64,000 bases of DNA from an uncultured Chloroflexia bacterium (GTDB taxonomy: Bacteria > Chloroflexota > Limnocylindria > Limnocylindrales > CSP1-4), in assembly GCA_963716025.1 (NCBI GenBank), contig CAVQSY010000050.1, positions 115,632-179,631 of the forward strand, read 5' to 3'. The notes below the pieces were generated by a model, which worked only from the letters and a program-made list of their open reading frames with translations, did not search any database and was not told the DNA's origin. The position numbers and the translations under genes were made by a program. Positions 9,467-19,725 of the stretch are shown here, piece by piece (positions within the stretch are counted from its first letter, which is position 1; each line of letters begins with the position of its first letter).

Positions 9467-10311
9467 CGGACGAGCCGACGGCGCCGCTGATCCCGGAGGG
9501 CCTCGACGCGACGCTTGTCCTGCTGCGGCACGGCGAGACGGAGTGGATCCTCCAGGGTCTGTTCCAGGGCCAGAGCGAGACGCCACTGTCCGACACCGGT
9601 CGCCGACAGGCGGAGCTCGCGGGAACGCGGCTCGCTCGCCCGCACGACCCCCCGTCCCTGCCCGTCCCCGGCGGCCGTCCGCTCGAGATCGTCCATTCGC
9701 CGCTGGCGCGCACGATGGCGACTGCTGAGGCCGCAGCCGCGGCCCTCCGCCGCGAGGCGGCAGCGGCCGGCGAGGACATGGCCGGGACGATCGTCCGCCC
9801 CGACGCCGGCCTGCTGGAGATCGGGCAGGGCGAGTGGGAGGGGATCCACCAGGACGAGATCGCAAGGCGCTGGCCGGACGTCCTCGCCGGGTGGCGCCGC
9901 CGTCCGTGGGAGACCTGGGCTCCAGGTGGTGAGTCGCCCGGCCAGGCACAGGAGCGGGTCCGGCCCGCACTTGCCGCCGTCCTCGAGCGCCTCGGCCGCG
10001 ATCACCCGCGCGGGACGCTCGACCGCCCCCAGGTGCACGGCTATGCCGGCGTCAACGGAGCGGCCACGCAGCCGTGGTCGATCCTGGTGGGCCACGATGG
10101 CGTGTTCAAGATCGTGATGCTCACGCTGTTCGGGCTGCCGCTCACGCATTTCTGGATGTTCACCATGGCCCTCACCGGGATCACCGTCGTCGAGTTCCGG
10201 GGTGGCCGCGCCGTCGTCCGGGCGGCCAACCTCACCGAGCATCTCGCCCCGATCGCCGACGAACAGGCCCGGAGGGCCGCCGAGCAGCGGGCGCGCTCGG
10301 GCGCGATGTAG
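9463..10311 (+). CDS. histidine phosphatase family protein (phosphoglycerate-mutase-like)
   Basis: ATG 9463 overlaps the serA stop (ATGA). RHG motif LVLLRHGETEW and a second His in LVGHDGV. C-terminal part of track ORF 8257..10311. Confidence 0.85.
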   Translation: MTDEPTAPLIPEGLDATLVLLRHGETEWILQGLFQGQSETPLSDTGRRQAELAGTRLARPHDPPSLPVPGGRPLEIVHSPLARTMATAEAAAAALRREAAAAGEDMAGTIVRPDAGLLEIGQGEWEGIHQDEIARRWPDVLAGWRRRPWETWAPGGESPGQAQERVRPALAAVLERLGRDHPRGTLDRPQVHGYAGVNGAATQPWSILVGHDGVFKIVMLTLFGLPLTHFWMFTMALTGITVVEFRGGRAVVRAANLTEHLAPIADEQARRAAEQRARSGAM

Positions 10312-10325
10312 CGTCCGGGCCGGTC

Positions 10326-12611
10326 CTAGCGGCGGCGCTGGTCCGGCCGCCGGAAGACCAGCCGGAGCATTGTCAGCCGCAGCCGGCGCGCGGCGTCGCG
10401 CACCGCCCGGAGCCTTGGGTCACTCATGGTGGCGCGGGCGTACACCGTCTCGACGCGGGCCACGGCAACCGTCTGGAGGTCCTCCTCCGCCGCCGGGACG
10501 AGCCTGCCCAGCGAGGTCGCGTACTCATAGACCGTCTCGGTCGCCCGCGGCGCAAACCCGAACCGCGAGGCCGTCCTCGACAAGGTCTGCCAGGCCCGCT
10601 CCGGGCTGACCTCCCCGCGCGGGCCCCGCACCCATGCCGCGACCGCGACCGCGGCGACCACCAGCGCGAGCAGGACGGTGAGGATGATCATCAGCGTGGT
10701 GTCGCCCGCTCGCGATGGCACAGGTCCCACCGGTCCCGCGCCGCCGAGATCCTCGCGGCCCTCGTTGGGAAATGTCTGCCCGGGAACCACGGCCCCGGCG
10801 CTCGACGACGGCGCCGGCGTCGTCGGCTCGACCGGAGCGCCCTCGGGGAGTGCGGCTGGCCGGCCAACCCCGCCGCCGGTCGGGTCGAAGGGGATCCATC
10901 CATGACCCGGGAAGAACACCTCGACCCAGGCGTGGGCGTTGCTGTTGCGAACCGTCTCGAGCCTGCCGACCCGCTCGCCAGGCAGGAATCCCTGCACGAG
11001 GCGGGTGGGGATCGGGTTGTCCGGTTCCGCGGCCCGCAGCAGGATGGCCATCGTCGAGGCGTAGTGCAGGCAGTAGCCGGTGCGCTCGCGCGCGAAGCAC
11101 TCCACGGCACCCGCGTCGCACACGATCCCGGTGACGTCGGTCGTGTACTGGAACCGATTGGAGCTCAGGTATGCCTCCATCGCCCTGGCGAGGTCATACG
11201 GGTTGTCGCTGGTCGCCGTCGCCCGGATCGCGTCGAGGAGCTCCCTGGCGTCCGGGCCCATCGCGTCGCCGGGCACGGCCGTGTAGCGCCCGACGATGTC
11301 CGGCGGGTAGTCCTGGCCCGCCGCACGGAGCCGGTTCTCGGTCAGGCCGCCCTCATCCGCGGTCCTGAACACCGCTGCCGTCACCGCGTACGGGTCGCGT
11401 GACCCGGGCAGATCCACCCCGGCGAACCAGCCCTCGTTCCCGAACAGCAGCAGGTTGGCCGACCGGCTCACCGAGGTCGGCGTTCCAGGGGAGAGCATCA
11501 GCGTGTCGCGGAAGTCCGCCGGCCGGACCTCCACCTCGACCGGGAGCGTGAGGTTCGGGTTGGGCTCTTCGGGCAGGCCACCGAGCAGCGGCTGGCCCGG
11601 CTCGACCGGAACGGCCACGACCGAGGACTGCGTCCAGGCATTGCCTTCGTACGTGTCATACGTTGCCGCCCGCCACTTCTGGCCCTCGGTCGCTGCCGTG
11701 ACGACGGCGGTGAAGGTGATCTGGCTGTCGGTGAACCACCTCGGCGCGATCCGGGCGGAGGACCCGAACGAGACGCCGCCACCACCGCGCCAGTCGCCGC
11801 CGGCTGGAAGCAGCCGCGCGATCTCCTCGAACGTGTCGAGCGCCTGGTCGCTGATGCCGTCCCAGGCCCCGGCAAGCGGAGCCGACGCGGCGCGTTGGGT
11901 GAGCACGAGCGAGGCTCCCATCGCGACGACGATGAACACCGTGCCACCACGCAGGTACAGCGACGACAGCTGCGCGGGGTCGCCGATCCGCCGCCGGAGC
12001 CACATGGTCCGCTCGTCGAACATGTGCATCGCGATCAGGAGGATGAGGGAGATCCCCGTGAACATCACCAGGAAGCCCAGCTGGTCGCGGGCCGTCAGCG
12101 CCATGTTCGCGAGCAGCACGAGTCCGACGATCACGACCGCGCTCAGCGGGCGGTGGTGACCGAAGACGGCGTACGACGCGAACTGCATGGTGGCCCACGC
12201 GATCCCGCCCAGCGTGAGCGTGTAGTGGACCTCCTGGTCCGTCAGCAGGAGGCCACGCCAGGCCAGGTCGAGGTAGGCATCCGCCGCCCCCGCAGCGGTG
12301 AAGCGGAAGGCTTCCGCGGCCGTGCTCCCGGGCAGTGAAGACCAGCCCGCGATGATCGGGACCAGGAGGCCGGCGAACAGGGCCCCCACGAGATGGGTGG
12401 TCCAGCGGCCCCACCGCAGCTTGGGACCCGCGAACCCGGCCACGGCTCCCAGCAGCCCGCACAGCGGCAGTGAGTCGGTCAGCGCGCCACGCCCGTTGAC
12501 CCATGCGGGGTCGTCGAGGGTCCAGCCGAGGAGGAACGCCATCGCCGCGACGAGCACGACGACCGTCCAGCCCTCCACCGGGCGCCGCACGCGCAGCTCT
12601 CGGCCGTTCAT
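10326..12611 (-). CDS. transglutaminase-domain membrane protein (TgpA-like)
   Basis: 761 aa. Multi-TM N-terminal half. Cys-His-Asp core: [28 protein letters not shown]-terminal TM. Confidence 0.85.
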   Translation of the reverse strand: MNGRELRVRRPVEGWTVVVLVAAMAFLLGWTLDDPAWVNGRGALTDSLPLCGLLGAVAGFAGPKLRWGRWTTHLVGALFAGLLVPIIAGWSSLPGSTAAEAFRFTAAGAADAYLDLAWRGLLLTDQEVHYTLTLGGIAWATMQFASYAVFGHHRPLSAVVIVGLVLLANMALTARDQLGFLVMFTGISLILLIAMHMFDERTMWLRRRIGDPAQLSSLYLRGGTVFIVVAMGASLVLTQRAASAPLAGAWDGISDQALDTFEEIARLLPAGGDWRGGGGVSFGSSARIAPRWFTDSQITFTAVVTAATEGQKWRAATYDTYEGNAWTQSSVVAVPVEPGQPLLGGLPEEPNPNLTLPVEVEVRPADFRDTLMLSPGTPTSVSRSANLLLFGNEGWFAGVDLPGSRDPYAVTAAVFRTADEGGLTENRLRAAGQDYPPDIVGRYTAVPGDAMGPDARELLDAIRATATSDNPYDLARAMEAYLSSNRFQYTTDVTGIVCDAGAVECFARERTGYCLHYASTMAILLRAAEPDNPIPTRLVQGFLPGERVGRLETVRNSNAHAWVEVFFPGHGWIPFDPTGGGVGRPAALPEGAPVEPTTPAPSSSAGAVVPGQTFPNEGREDLGGAGPVGPVPSRAGDTTLMIILTVLLALVVAAVAVAAWVRGPRGEVSPERAWQTLSRTASRFGFAPRATETVYEYATSLGRLVPAAEEDLQTVAVARVETVYARATMSDPRLRAVRDAARRLRLTMLRLVFRRPDQRRR

Positions 12612-13822
12612 CGCGCGAGGGCCTCGGCCAGTGGCTGGTGCGGCCCGACGTGCACCGTCGGGAGCTCGAACTCAGCGAGCGCGTGGGCGAGCGCCCTGGC
12701 TCGCTGGTGCTGGTGGTCGCGCGTCTCCTGGTCGGCGACGGGGTTGAAGGCCGGGCCGTCGAGCGCCACGACCACGGCTCCGATGCCGCGCGACCTGAGC
12801 GCCGCCAGCGGCCGCACGAACGCGGGATCATCGGTGGGCGTGATGATGATCGCCGTCATTCCCCGCCGGAGCCGCGGCAGGCTGCCCAGCAGCGCCTCGC
12901 CCAGCGGCGCCTGGCCATCAGCCTCGACGGCGGCGAGGAGCTGGAGGATCTTGAGCCGTTGCCGGGCGCCCCGGTCGGCCGGCAGGATCGTGAGCCGGTT
13001 CCCGCTGACCGTGAGGCCCACGGCGCGGTTCTCCGCCAGCGCCTTGTCGGCGATCGACGCAGCGGCCCGGATCGCGACCTCCGTCGTCGAGCTCTCCCCG
13101 GTCCCCGCCTCCAGGCCCGCCTCGAGGTCAAGGAAGATCCATGCGTCCGCCGTCTGCTCGAGGTCGAACTCCTTGACCTGGATCTCGCCGGTACGCGCGG
13201 TGGTGGGCCAGTGGATCCGGTTCATCGAGTCACCCGGGGCATACGGGCGCACGCCCGTGGCGAGCGGGGTGGTCTGGAGCGTCCGCTCGGGCTGGGCATG
13301 CGAGCCCTCGATGCTGGCCGGCGGCAACCTCCAGAGCGGCAGCCGGTCAACCCGCGGGTAGACGACCACGGTGATCCCCTGCCCGACGCCCGCGGTGGCC
13401 TCGAAGAACCCGAACGGATCGCCGGTCCGGATCTGGAGCGCATCGATCCGGTAGTGGCCGCGGTGCTGGAGCGATCCCCGGACCAGCCATGACCGCTCCT
13501 GGTGGCCACCCAGGGAGAGCGCACGGCCGGCCAGGCCGCTGGGCAGCGTGGTCGGGTTGTACACCTCGAGCCACGGCTTCGGCAGGCGGCCGGTGTTGCG
13601 GAGCGTATACGTGACGCGCAGGCGGTCACCGACGTGCGCAGTCAGCTGGCTGACCGCGTATCCGGCCTCGAGATCCGACAGGCCCAGGCGGGTCAGGATG
13701 TAGCTGCCGCCGCCGATCAGCAGCGCGACATAGACGAGGAAGAACAGGAACGGCCAGCCGGTCGAGAACGCCGCCACCACGAGCACGACGGCGAGAACGA
13801 TGAACTGGAGGCGGCGAAGCAT
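12608..13822 (-). CDS. DUF58 domain protein (vWA-like partner of MoxR)
   Basis: 404 aa with two N-terminal TM helices. Sits between MoxR and the transglutaminase in the canonical MoxR-DUF58-TGase order. 4-nt overlap with the downstream gene. Confidence 0.8.
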   Translation of the reverse strand: MLRRLQFIVLAVVLVVAAFSTGWPFLFFLVYVALLIGGGSYILTRLGLSDLEAGYAVSQLTAHVGDRLRVTYTLRNTGRLPKPWLEVYNPTTLPSGLAGRALSLGGHQERSWLVRGSLQHRGHYRIDALQIRTGDPFGFFEATAGVGQGITVVVYPRVDRLPLWRLPPASIEGSHAQPERTLQTTPLATGVRPYAPGDSMNRIHWPTTARTGEIQVKEFDLEQTADAWIFLDLEAGLEAGTGESSTTEVAIRAAASIADKALAENRAVGLTVSGNRLTILPADRGARQRLKILQLLAAVEADGQAPLGEALLGSLPRLRRGMTAIIITPTDDPAFVRPLAALRSRGIGAVVVALDGPAFNPVADQETRDHQHQRARALAHALAEFELPTVHVGPHQPLAEALAR

Positions 13823-13870
13823 CCTGGTCGGTTCCTCCGGCCGGGCGTGGGGTGTCCGGGACTCCGGCCG

Positions 13871-14858
13871 TCAGCCCGCTGGACTCGGCCGAACCTCGCG
13901 GGGGCCGCCGGCGGTGACCCGGCCGGCCTCGATGGCCGTGGTATCGACAAGCTCGCGCACGACGTGCGCCGCGGCGACATCGTGGATCGAGGAGCTGGTC
14001 TTGATGATGACCCGGTGGGCGAGTGCGGGTTCGGCCAGCGCCTTCACGTCATCGGGGATCACGTAGTCCCGCCCGAGCAGCCCGGCCAGCGCCTGGGAGG
14101 AGCGGTAGAGCGCGATCGACCCGCGCGGGCTCGCGCCGAGGTAGACGTCCGGGTGGGTGCGGGTGGAGGCGACCAGGCGGACGATGTAGTCGCTGACGGC
14201 CGGGTCCACGTAGATCTCGCGGACGTTCGCCTGGAGCGAGCGGAGCTCGTCGACCGGGCAGACCTCCTCGAGGGCGTCGATCGGGTGTGTCCGCTTCTGC
14301 TCGTCGAGGATCACGATCTCGTCGAGGAGCGCCGGGTAGCCGAGGCGGATCCGGAGCATGAACCGGTCCAGCTGGGCCTCAGGAAGCGCGAACGTGCCCT
14401 CGTACTCGATGGGGTTCTGGGTCGCGATCACGAGGAACGGGTCCGGCATCGGGTGGGTCACGCCATCGATCGTCGACTGGCGCTCCTCCATGCACTCGAG
14501 CAGGCTCGACTGCGTCTTGGGGGTCGCCCGGTTGATCTCGTCGGCGAGGACGACCTGGCTCATCACGGGGCCTGGCCGGAACTCGAACTCCTGGGTCTTC
14601 TGGTTGTAGATGGACAGGCCGGTCACGTCCGACGGGAGCAGGTCCGGGGTGAACTGGATCCGGCGGAACGTGCAACCCAGGCTCTTGGCGATCGCCTTGG
14701 CCAGGACTCGTCTTGCCCGTCCCCGGCACGTCCTCGATCAGGAGGTGGCCCCGGCACATCAGCGCGACCAGCGCGAGGCGCACCTCGTGATGCTTGCCGA
14801 CGATCACGCGTTCGACGTTGGCGAGGACCTTGTCGCCGACCTGCTGGATGCTGCTCAT
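13871..14858 (-). pseudogene. MoxR-family AAA+ ATPase, frame interrupted once
   Basis: ATG 14858 ([26 protein letters not shown]...[13 protein letters not shown]) continues in another frame as [35 protein letters not shown]...[23 protein letters not shown]. Break at ~14705. Confidence 0.85.
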
Positions 14859-14992
14859 CGGACTCCCGTCAGCGTGTGGGACGCGGGTGACGCGATGCCT
14901 CCCGCAGCCAGTGTACGACCGACTCGACGATCCAGTTCCCGGCGGGGTTCCCCGGCCTCGATGCGCCGCCGGCAGCCTGCATCCGCCTGAGC

Positions 14993-15226
14993 TCAGTGGC
15001 CCTTGAACAGGGTCAGGCCGCCCGCCCACAGGACCATCAGGCAGCCGGCCGCCGCCATGGTGCCGAAGAACGGCTCGCCACCGGCAAAGGCCGCGACCGC
15101 CACGACCGCGAACAGGGCAGCCATGACCAGCGCGAGGAACGCCATCCCGATGCGTTCAATGATGGGGCGCGGTCGCGGGTCGGGGCCCGGGTCCACCCGT
15201 TCGGGTTCGGGAATCGGTGCGGTCAT
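14993..15226 (-). CDS. small two-TM membrane protein
   Basis: Internal ATG (MTAPIPEP...) of ORF 14993..15265. Has two hydrophobic helices. No family recognised. Confidence 0.4.
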   Translation of the reverse strand: MTAPIPEPERVDPGPDPRPRPIIERIGMAFLALVMAALFAVVAVAAFAGGEPFFGTMAAAGCLMVLWAGGLTLFKGH

Positions 15227-15277
15227 ACGCTCCGAGCGTACCCCCGGCCGGACGGCAACGAGCACTCGATCGGGGGG

Positions 15278-16810
15278 TCACCCGGTCCCGTAGAGCTCGA
15301 AGTAGCGCTCCAGCAGGTCGCCGGCGATGGGCGCTGCGGTCTCCCCTCCCCGGCCGCCGCGCTCCACCAGCACCGCGATGACCACCCTCGGGTTGTCGAC
15401 GGGAGCGAATCCGATGAACCACGAGTGCGGCTCGCCCGTGCCGCCGAGCTCGGCCGTGCCGGACTTGCCAGCGGTCGGGACGCCGGGAACCGCCGCTCCA
15501 GGGGTGAACCGGCGGCCCAGGTCCCCCTCGACGGCCCGCTCCATCGCCGCCTGCACGGCACGCGCATCGTCCGCGCTCATGACGCGTCGCCAGACCTCCG
15601 GGCCGATCGTGCGGGCACCGGGTCCCTCGCCGGTGAGCGCCGTGACGAGGTAGGGCTTCATCAGGATGCCGTCATTGGCCACGGTCGAGGCCACCAGCGC
15701 CATCTGGAGGGGCGTCACGAACGTCTCGCCCTGGCCGAACGCCGCCGACGCCAGCTCGGCGTCGTCGGTGAACCCCCCCGGCTGGCGCCCGTCGCCGGAT
15801 GTCACCGAGGAGATCGCCGTCGGCAGGTCGAACGGGATCTGGGCGCCGAAGCCCATCTCCGCGGCCTCGCTCACCAGCCGCTCGCCGCCCGTCCGAAGCC
15901 CCGCGAGCGCGTACCAGATGTTGCAGCTGACCTCCGTCGCGCTGGCCAGGTCGAGCTCCACGTCCCCGGTGAACGGGTGATGTCCGTCGCGGATCCGGAA
16001 CCCGCCGACCACCAGACCGTCGGCCTCAGCCGGCGGCTGCTCCGAAAAGGTGGTTGACGGATCGATCGCTCCGCTGTCGAGCCCGGCGATCGCGGTCACG
16101 ATCTTGAACACGGAGCCCGGCACATACCGGCCGAGGGTCGCTCGCGGCAGCAGCGGACGGGCATCGTCGGCCTGGAGCGCCTCGAACGTGCGGGTCGCCG
16201 TGGCCGGGTCCGCGATGGCTGACGCGTCGTACACCGGCGTCGAGGCGAGCGCCAGGATCTCGCCGGTGGCGGGGTCGAGCATCACAACCGCGCCCGTGTT
16301 GCTGCCCAGCGCCCTGACGGCGGCGCGCTGCAGGCGCAGATCGAGCGTCAGTCGCAGGCCGAGACGCCGGTCCGGGACGGTGGTGAACTTGCTCACCAGG
16401 TCACTCAGCGCGTCGGCACCCGCGAGGCCGAGCAGCTGGGCGTTGTAGGTGCGCTCCAGCCCGGCCGTGCCGTACTTCCGCGACGCGTACCCCACCACCT
16501 GGCTGATCGAGTCATCGCGGTACCACCGGAGTGCCTCGCCGTTGGCGTCGCGGTCGCTGCGGGCCAGCCACAGCCCGTTGCGATCCTCGATCCCGCCCCG
16601 CAGCGCGCGGCGCGCGATCGCCACCACCGCCGGGTTGTCAGGCGCCGTCGAGAGCCGCTCCGCCTCGGCCACCTGCCACCATCCCGCGCCGACCGCGAGC
16701 ACCGAGAAGGCGACCGCAACCGCGACGCCCGTCCGGAAGACGTTCGCGCGGATCGCCCGGGAACGCCGCCGGCCGACTCGCCGGTCCACGATGGGCCGCG
16801 GCTGGCTCAT
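15278..16810 (-). CDS. pbpA: penicillin-binding protein 2 / PbpA-type transpeptidase
   Basis: ATG 16810 overlaps the rodA stop (ATGA). N-terminal TM. SxxK (SVFKIV), SxN (SCN) and KxG (KSGTA) motifs. Confidence 0.88.
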   Translation of the reverse strand: MSQPRPIVDRRVGRRRSRAIRANVFRTGVAVAVAFSVLAVGAGWWQVAEAERLSTAPDNPAVVAIARRALRGGIEDRNGLWLARSDRDANGEALRWYRDDSISQVVGYASRKYGTAGLERTYNAQLLGLAGADALSDLVSKFTTVPDRRLGLRLTLDLRLQRAAVRALGSNTGAVVMLDPATGEILALASTPVYDASAIADPATATRTFEALQADDARPLLPRATLGRYVPGSVFKIVTAIAGLDSGAIDPSTTFSEQPPAEADGLVVGGFRIRDGHHPFTGDVELDLASATEVSCNIWYALAGLRTGGERLVSEAAEMGFGAQIPFDLPTAISSVTSGDGRQPGGFTDDAELASAAFGQGETFVTPLQMALVASTVANDGILMKPYLVTALTGEGPGARTIGPEVWRRVMSADDARAVQAAMERAVEGDLGRRFTPGAAVPGVPTAGKSGTAELGGTGEPHSWFIGFAPVDNPRVVIAVLVERGGRGGETAAPIAGDLLERYFELYGTG

Positions 16811-18263
16811 GCGCGACCCCTGCGCAGCCGGAACCCGCGAAGCCGCCTGTCGTCCCGTGGCGCCGGCGGCGGCTCTGTGCCACGATCCGAGAGGACGAGC
16901 AGCAGGCCGATCACGACGGCGTTCGCCAGCAATGACGAGCCCCCGTACGAGATGAATGGCAGCGTGATCCCCGTCAGCGGGATCAGCTTGAGGTTGCCGG
17001 CCGCGATGATGAAGGCCTGGACCCCGACGACGAGTGCGAGGCCCGCGGCGAGCAGCGCCCGGAACTCGTCGCGTGCCGCCGCCGCGATGCGGAGCCCCCG
17101 GGACACGACCACCAGGTACAGCCCCAGCAGCGCCAGCAGGCCGACCAGGCCGAGCTCCTCTCCGAGGGCGGCCAGCGGGTAGTCGCTGTGGACGGCCGGG
17201 ATCGGGAGGTTCCCCGCGATGGTCGGCAGGCCGGCGCCGAGGCCCACCCCGAGGATCCCGCCTCGACCGAACGCATACAGCGCCTGCACCACCTGGAACC
17301 CGGCTCCCTGCGGGTCGCGCCACGGGTCGATCCAGTTGTCCACCCGCGCCTGGACGTGCCCGAAGACGCTGTAGAGCACCACGGAGCCGCCGGCGAACAG
17401 CAGCAGACCGAGGACCACGTAGCTCGGCCGGCCGGTGGCAACGTACAGCAGGGCAAGGAACACGACGAAGAACAGCAGGGCTGCCCCGAGGTCCCGCTGG
17501 ACGACGACGATCCCCAGCGCGATCGCCCACATCGCGACCATCGGTGCCAGGTAGGGCAGCGGGGGCACGCGGATCGGGCCGAGGCGGGTGCTCTCCTCAG
17601 CGAGCAGCGCCCGGTTCTCGGACAGGTAGGCGGCGAGGAACACGACCAGAATCACCTTGAGCAACTCGCTCGGCTGGCCCGATATCGGCCCGATCGAAAG
17701 GCTCAGGCGCGCGCCGTTGACCTCCGAGCCGAGCACGAACACGAGCAGCAGGAGCCCGATGCCGGCCGCTGCCCACGTGTACTTGTAGGTGCGGAGCCAG
17801 GCGTCGGAGCGCACGGCGAGGCCGATCGCCGCGATCACCGCCAGGGCCACCAGGAGCCAGGCAAGCTGCAGCTGGCCGAGGCCGAAGGTCGCGTCGCCGA
17901 AGGACTGAACGACCAGGGTCTGTGGCAGGCGCTGCATGAGGAGCAGACCGATCCCGCCGAGCATGCCCACTGTCGGCAGCAGGACCTGGTCCGTGCGACG
18001 GCCGGCGCCCACGAACGCCAGGTGCACCCCAAGCAGCGCGCCAAGGTAGACAACCAGACCCTGGGGATCGGGGGGCTGAAGTCGAGCGCCTCGAGCGTCG
18101 TGCCAGCCTCCGTTGCCGTACGCAACTGCTGTGTGGCCCCCAACGACGCGGCCCCGACAACAAGGGCGATCGCCGCCAGGCCAAGGAGCATCAGCTCCGT
18201 CGATCGCAAGCGTGGGTGGATCCGCAGGCTGAGCGCCGGGTGCGCCTGGGCGACTGGGCTCAC
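16807..18263 (-). pseudogene. rodA: FtsW/RodA/SpoVE-family peptidoglycan polymerase RodA, frame interrupted once
   Basis: GTG 18263 overlaps the fhaB stop. The N-terminus (..RSTELMLLGLAAIALVVGAASLGA..TLEALDFS) joins PPDPQGLVVYLGALLGVHLAF... in another frame. The break lies in the G6 run at 18070-18075. The rest is canonical SEDS (GISLQPSE-like ISGQPSELLK, TLPFISYGGSS). Confidence 0.85.
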
Positions 18264-18694
18264 GGTCGACCGCGATCCAGCCGGAACCGGATCTCGCCCA
18301 CCTGGATCTCGTCCCCAAATCCGAGGGGTCCCACCCCTTCCACGGGGATCCCGTTGACGAACGTCCCGTTGGTGCTCGCGAGGTCTTCAACGAACCAGCT
18401 TCGTCCCCGGAAGGTGAGCACGGCGTGCTCCGCCGACGCGAACGGGTCGTCGAGCACGACCCCGTTGTTCACGTCCCGCCCCAGCGTGGTCACGGCATCG
18501 AGCGGGTACGAGGCACCTGGGGGCGGCTCCCCCAGCGGCGACGCCAGCACCACCAGCCGGCCGAGCTCCGATGGCCCTCGCGATGCGGACCGCAGGTCGC
18601 GTAGCAGGACCCGCACGACCGCGAACAGGAAGCCATACAGCAGGACCAGGAACAGGATGCGCACAACCCACAGCGAGATCACGAATCCGTCCAT
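18260..18694 (-). CDS. fhaB: FHA-domain membrane protein (FhaB/FipA-like)
   Basis: 144 aa. N-terminal TM plus a C-terminal FHA domain (TLGRDVNNGVVLDDPFASAEHAVL..STNGTFVNG). Confidence 0.8.
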   Translation of the reverse strand: MDGFVISLWVVRILFLVLLYGFLFAVVRVLLRDLRSASRGPSELGRLVVLASPLGEPPPGASYPLDAVTTLGRDVNNGVVLDDPFASAEHAVLTFRGRSWFVEDLASTNGTFVNGIPVEGVGPLGFGDEIQVGEIRFRLDRGRP

Positions 18695-18704
18695 CAGTCC
18701 GGCC

Positions 18705-19565
18705 TCAGCCCGGGAGCTGCTCGACGAGCAGCACGGTGTCTCCGAGGACCACCCGGTCCCCGACGCCGAGCGCGCACTCGTCCACGCGGATGCCGTTCAC
18801 CCGGGACCCGTTTGTGCTGTCCAGGTCCGTGAGCACCAGCGTCCCGCGGCGCGCCTGCAGCCGCGCGTGATGGCGCGAGACACGGGGATCGGCAAGGACG
18901 AGACCGTTATCCGGCGCCCGGCCGAGGGCAAGCGGCGCGCCGTCCACTTCGATGACGCGCTCGACGCCCGCCCTCGGAGCCAGGCGGAGCACCGCCCGGG
19001 TGGGGGAAGGTGCCGGCCGTCGGAACACCATCGTGCCACTGTCATCGCCGCGGATGCCACCGGACGCTACCGCGCTGGACAGGTCCCCGACGGGCGGTCG
19101 ACGAGGGACGCCGGCCGGTGGGACCGTGAGGTCGGCAGCGGGCTCGAACCCGGTCGGCGGCTCCGGCTCCGGCTCCGCCTCCCTGGCAGGGGACGCCAGC
19201 ACGACGTCCACCTCGATCACTCCCTTGACCACGGCCGGATCGCGGACCAGGGCAACCGTCGGGCGTGCGGGCAGGTGGTACCCGTGGGCGCGGGCAAACA
19301 CGAGCGCGGCATCCGCCAGCCGGTGAGCGAGCGCGTCGGGTCCACCCGACGCGCCGGCAACCTCCGCCAGGTCGGCCGGATGAAGGCGGACACGATAGCG
19401 CTCGGGAACGGTCGTGCGGCCCCCCACCGTGGTCCGGGCACGGTCCATCGCGCGCTCCACCCGACGCTCCACCTGGACGGGCTGGGGATGAGCCCGGAAC
19501 AGGCGGGCGGTCGAGCGTTCGAACACGCGTTCGAGGAGCCGTTCGAGATCGGCAAGCATTGCCAT
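18705..19565 (-). CDS. fhaA: FhaA-like protein (DUF3662 N-domain plus C-terminal FHA)
   Basis: ATG 19565 (MAMLADLERLLERVFERSTARLF). C-terminal FHA domain (LGRAPDNGLVLADPRVSRHHARL..STNGSRVNG). Confidence 0.8.
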   Translation of the reverse strand: MAMLADLERLLERVFERSTARLFRAHPQPVQVERRVERAMDRARTTVGGRTTVPERYRVRLHPADLAEVAGASGGPDALAHRLADAALVFARAHGYHLPARPTVALVRDPAVVKGVIEVDVVLASPAREAEPEPEPPTGFEPAADLTVPPAGVPRRPPVGDLSSAVASGGIRGDDSGTMVFRRPAPSPTRAVLRLAPRAGVERVIEVDGAPLALGRAPDNGLVLADPRVSRHHARLQARRGTLVLTDLDSTNGSRVNGIRVDECALGVGDRVVLGDTVLLVEQLPG

Positions 19566-19725
19566 CGCTTGGCGAACCCTACCAGAGGCGGCATGAGCGG
19601 CCCGCGCCGGGACCAACGTCGCGGCAGGGCGGTACCTCGGGGCGGGCCCGGGTCGCACGACGGGCCTATACTCTGGGCTCCGTCCGGCCAGAACCGGATG
19701 TGGCGTCCTGTCCTTCGGGGGCACC

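Noticed and set aside
7391-9970. 859-aa minus-strand ORF antisense to the aminotransferase, serA and phosphatase genes
   Set aside because: Shadow ORF with low-complexity RRG/PGR composition and no motifs. The plus-strand genes are unambiguous.
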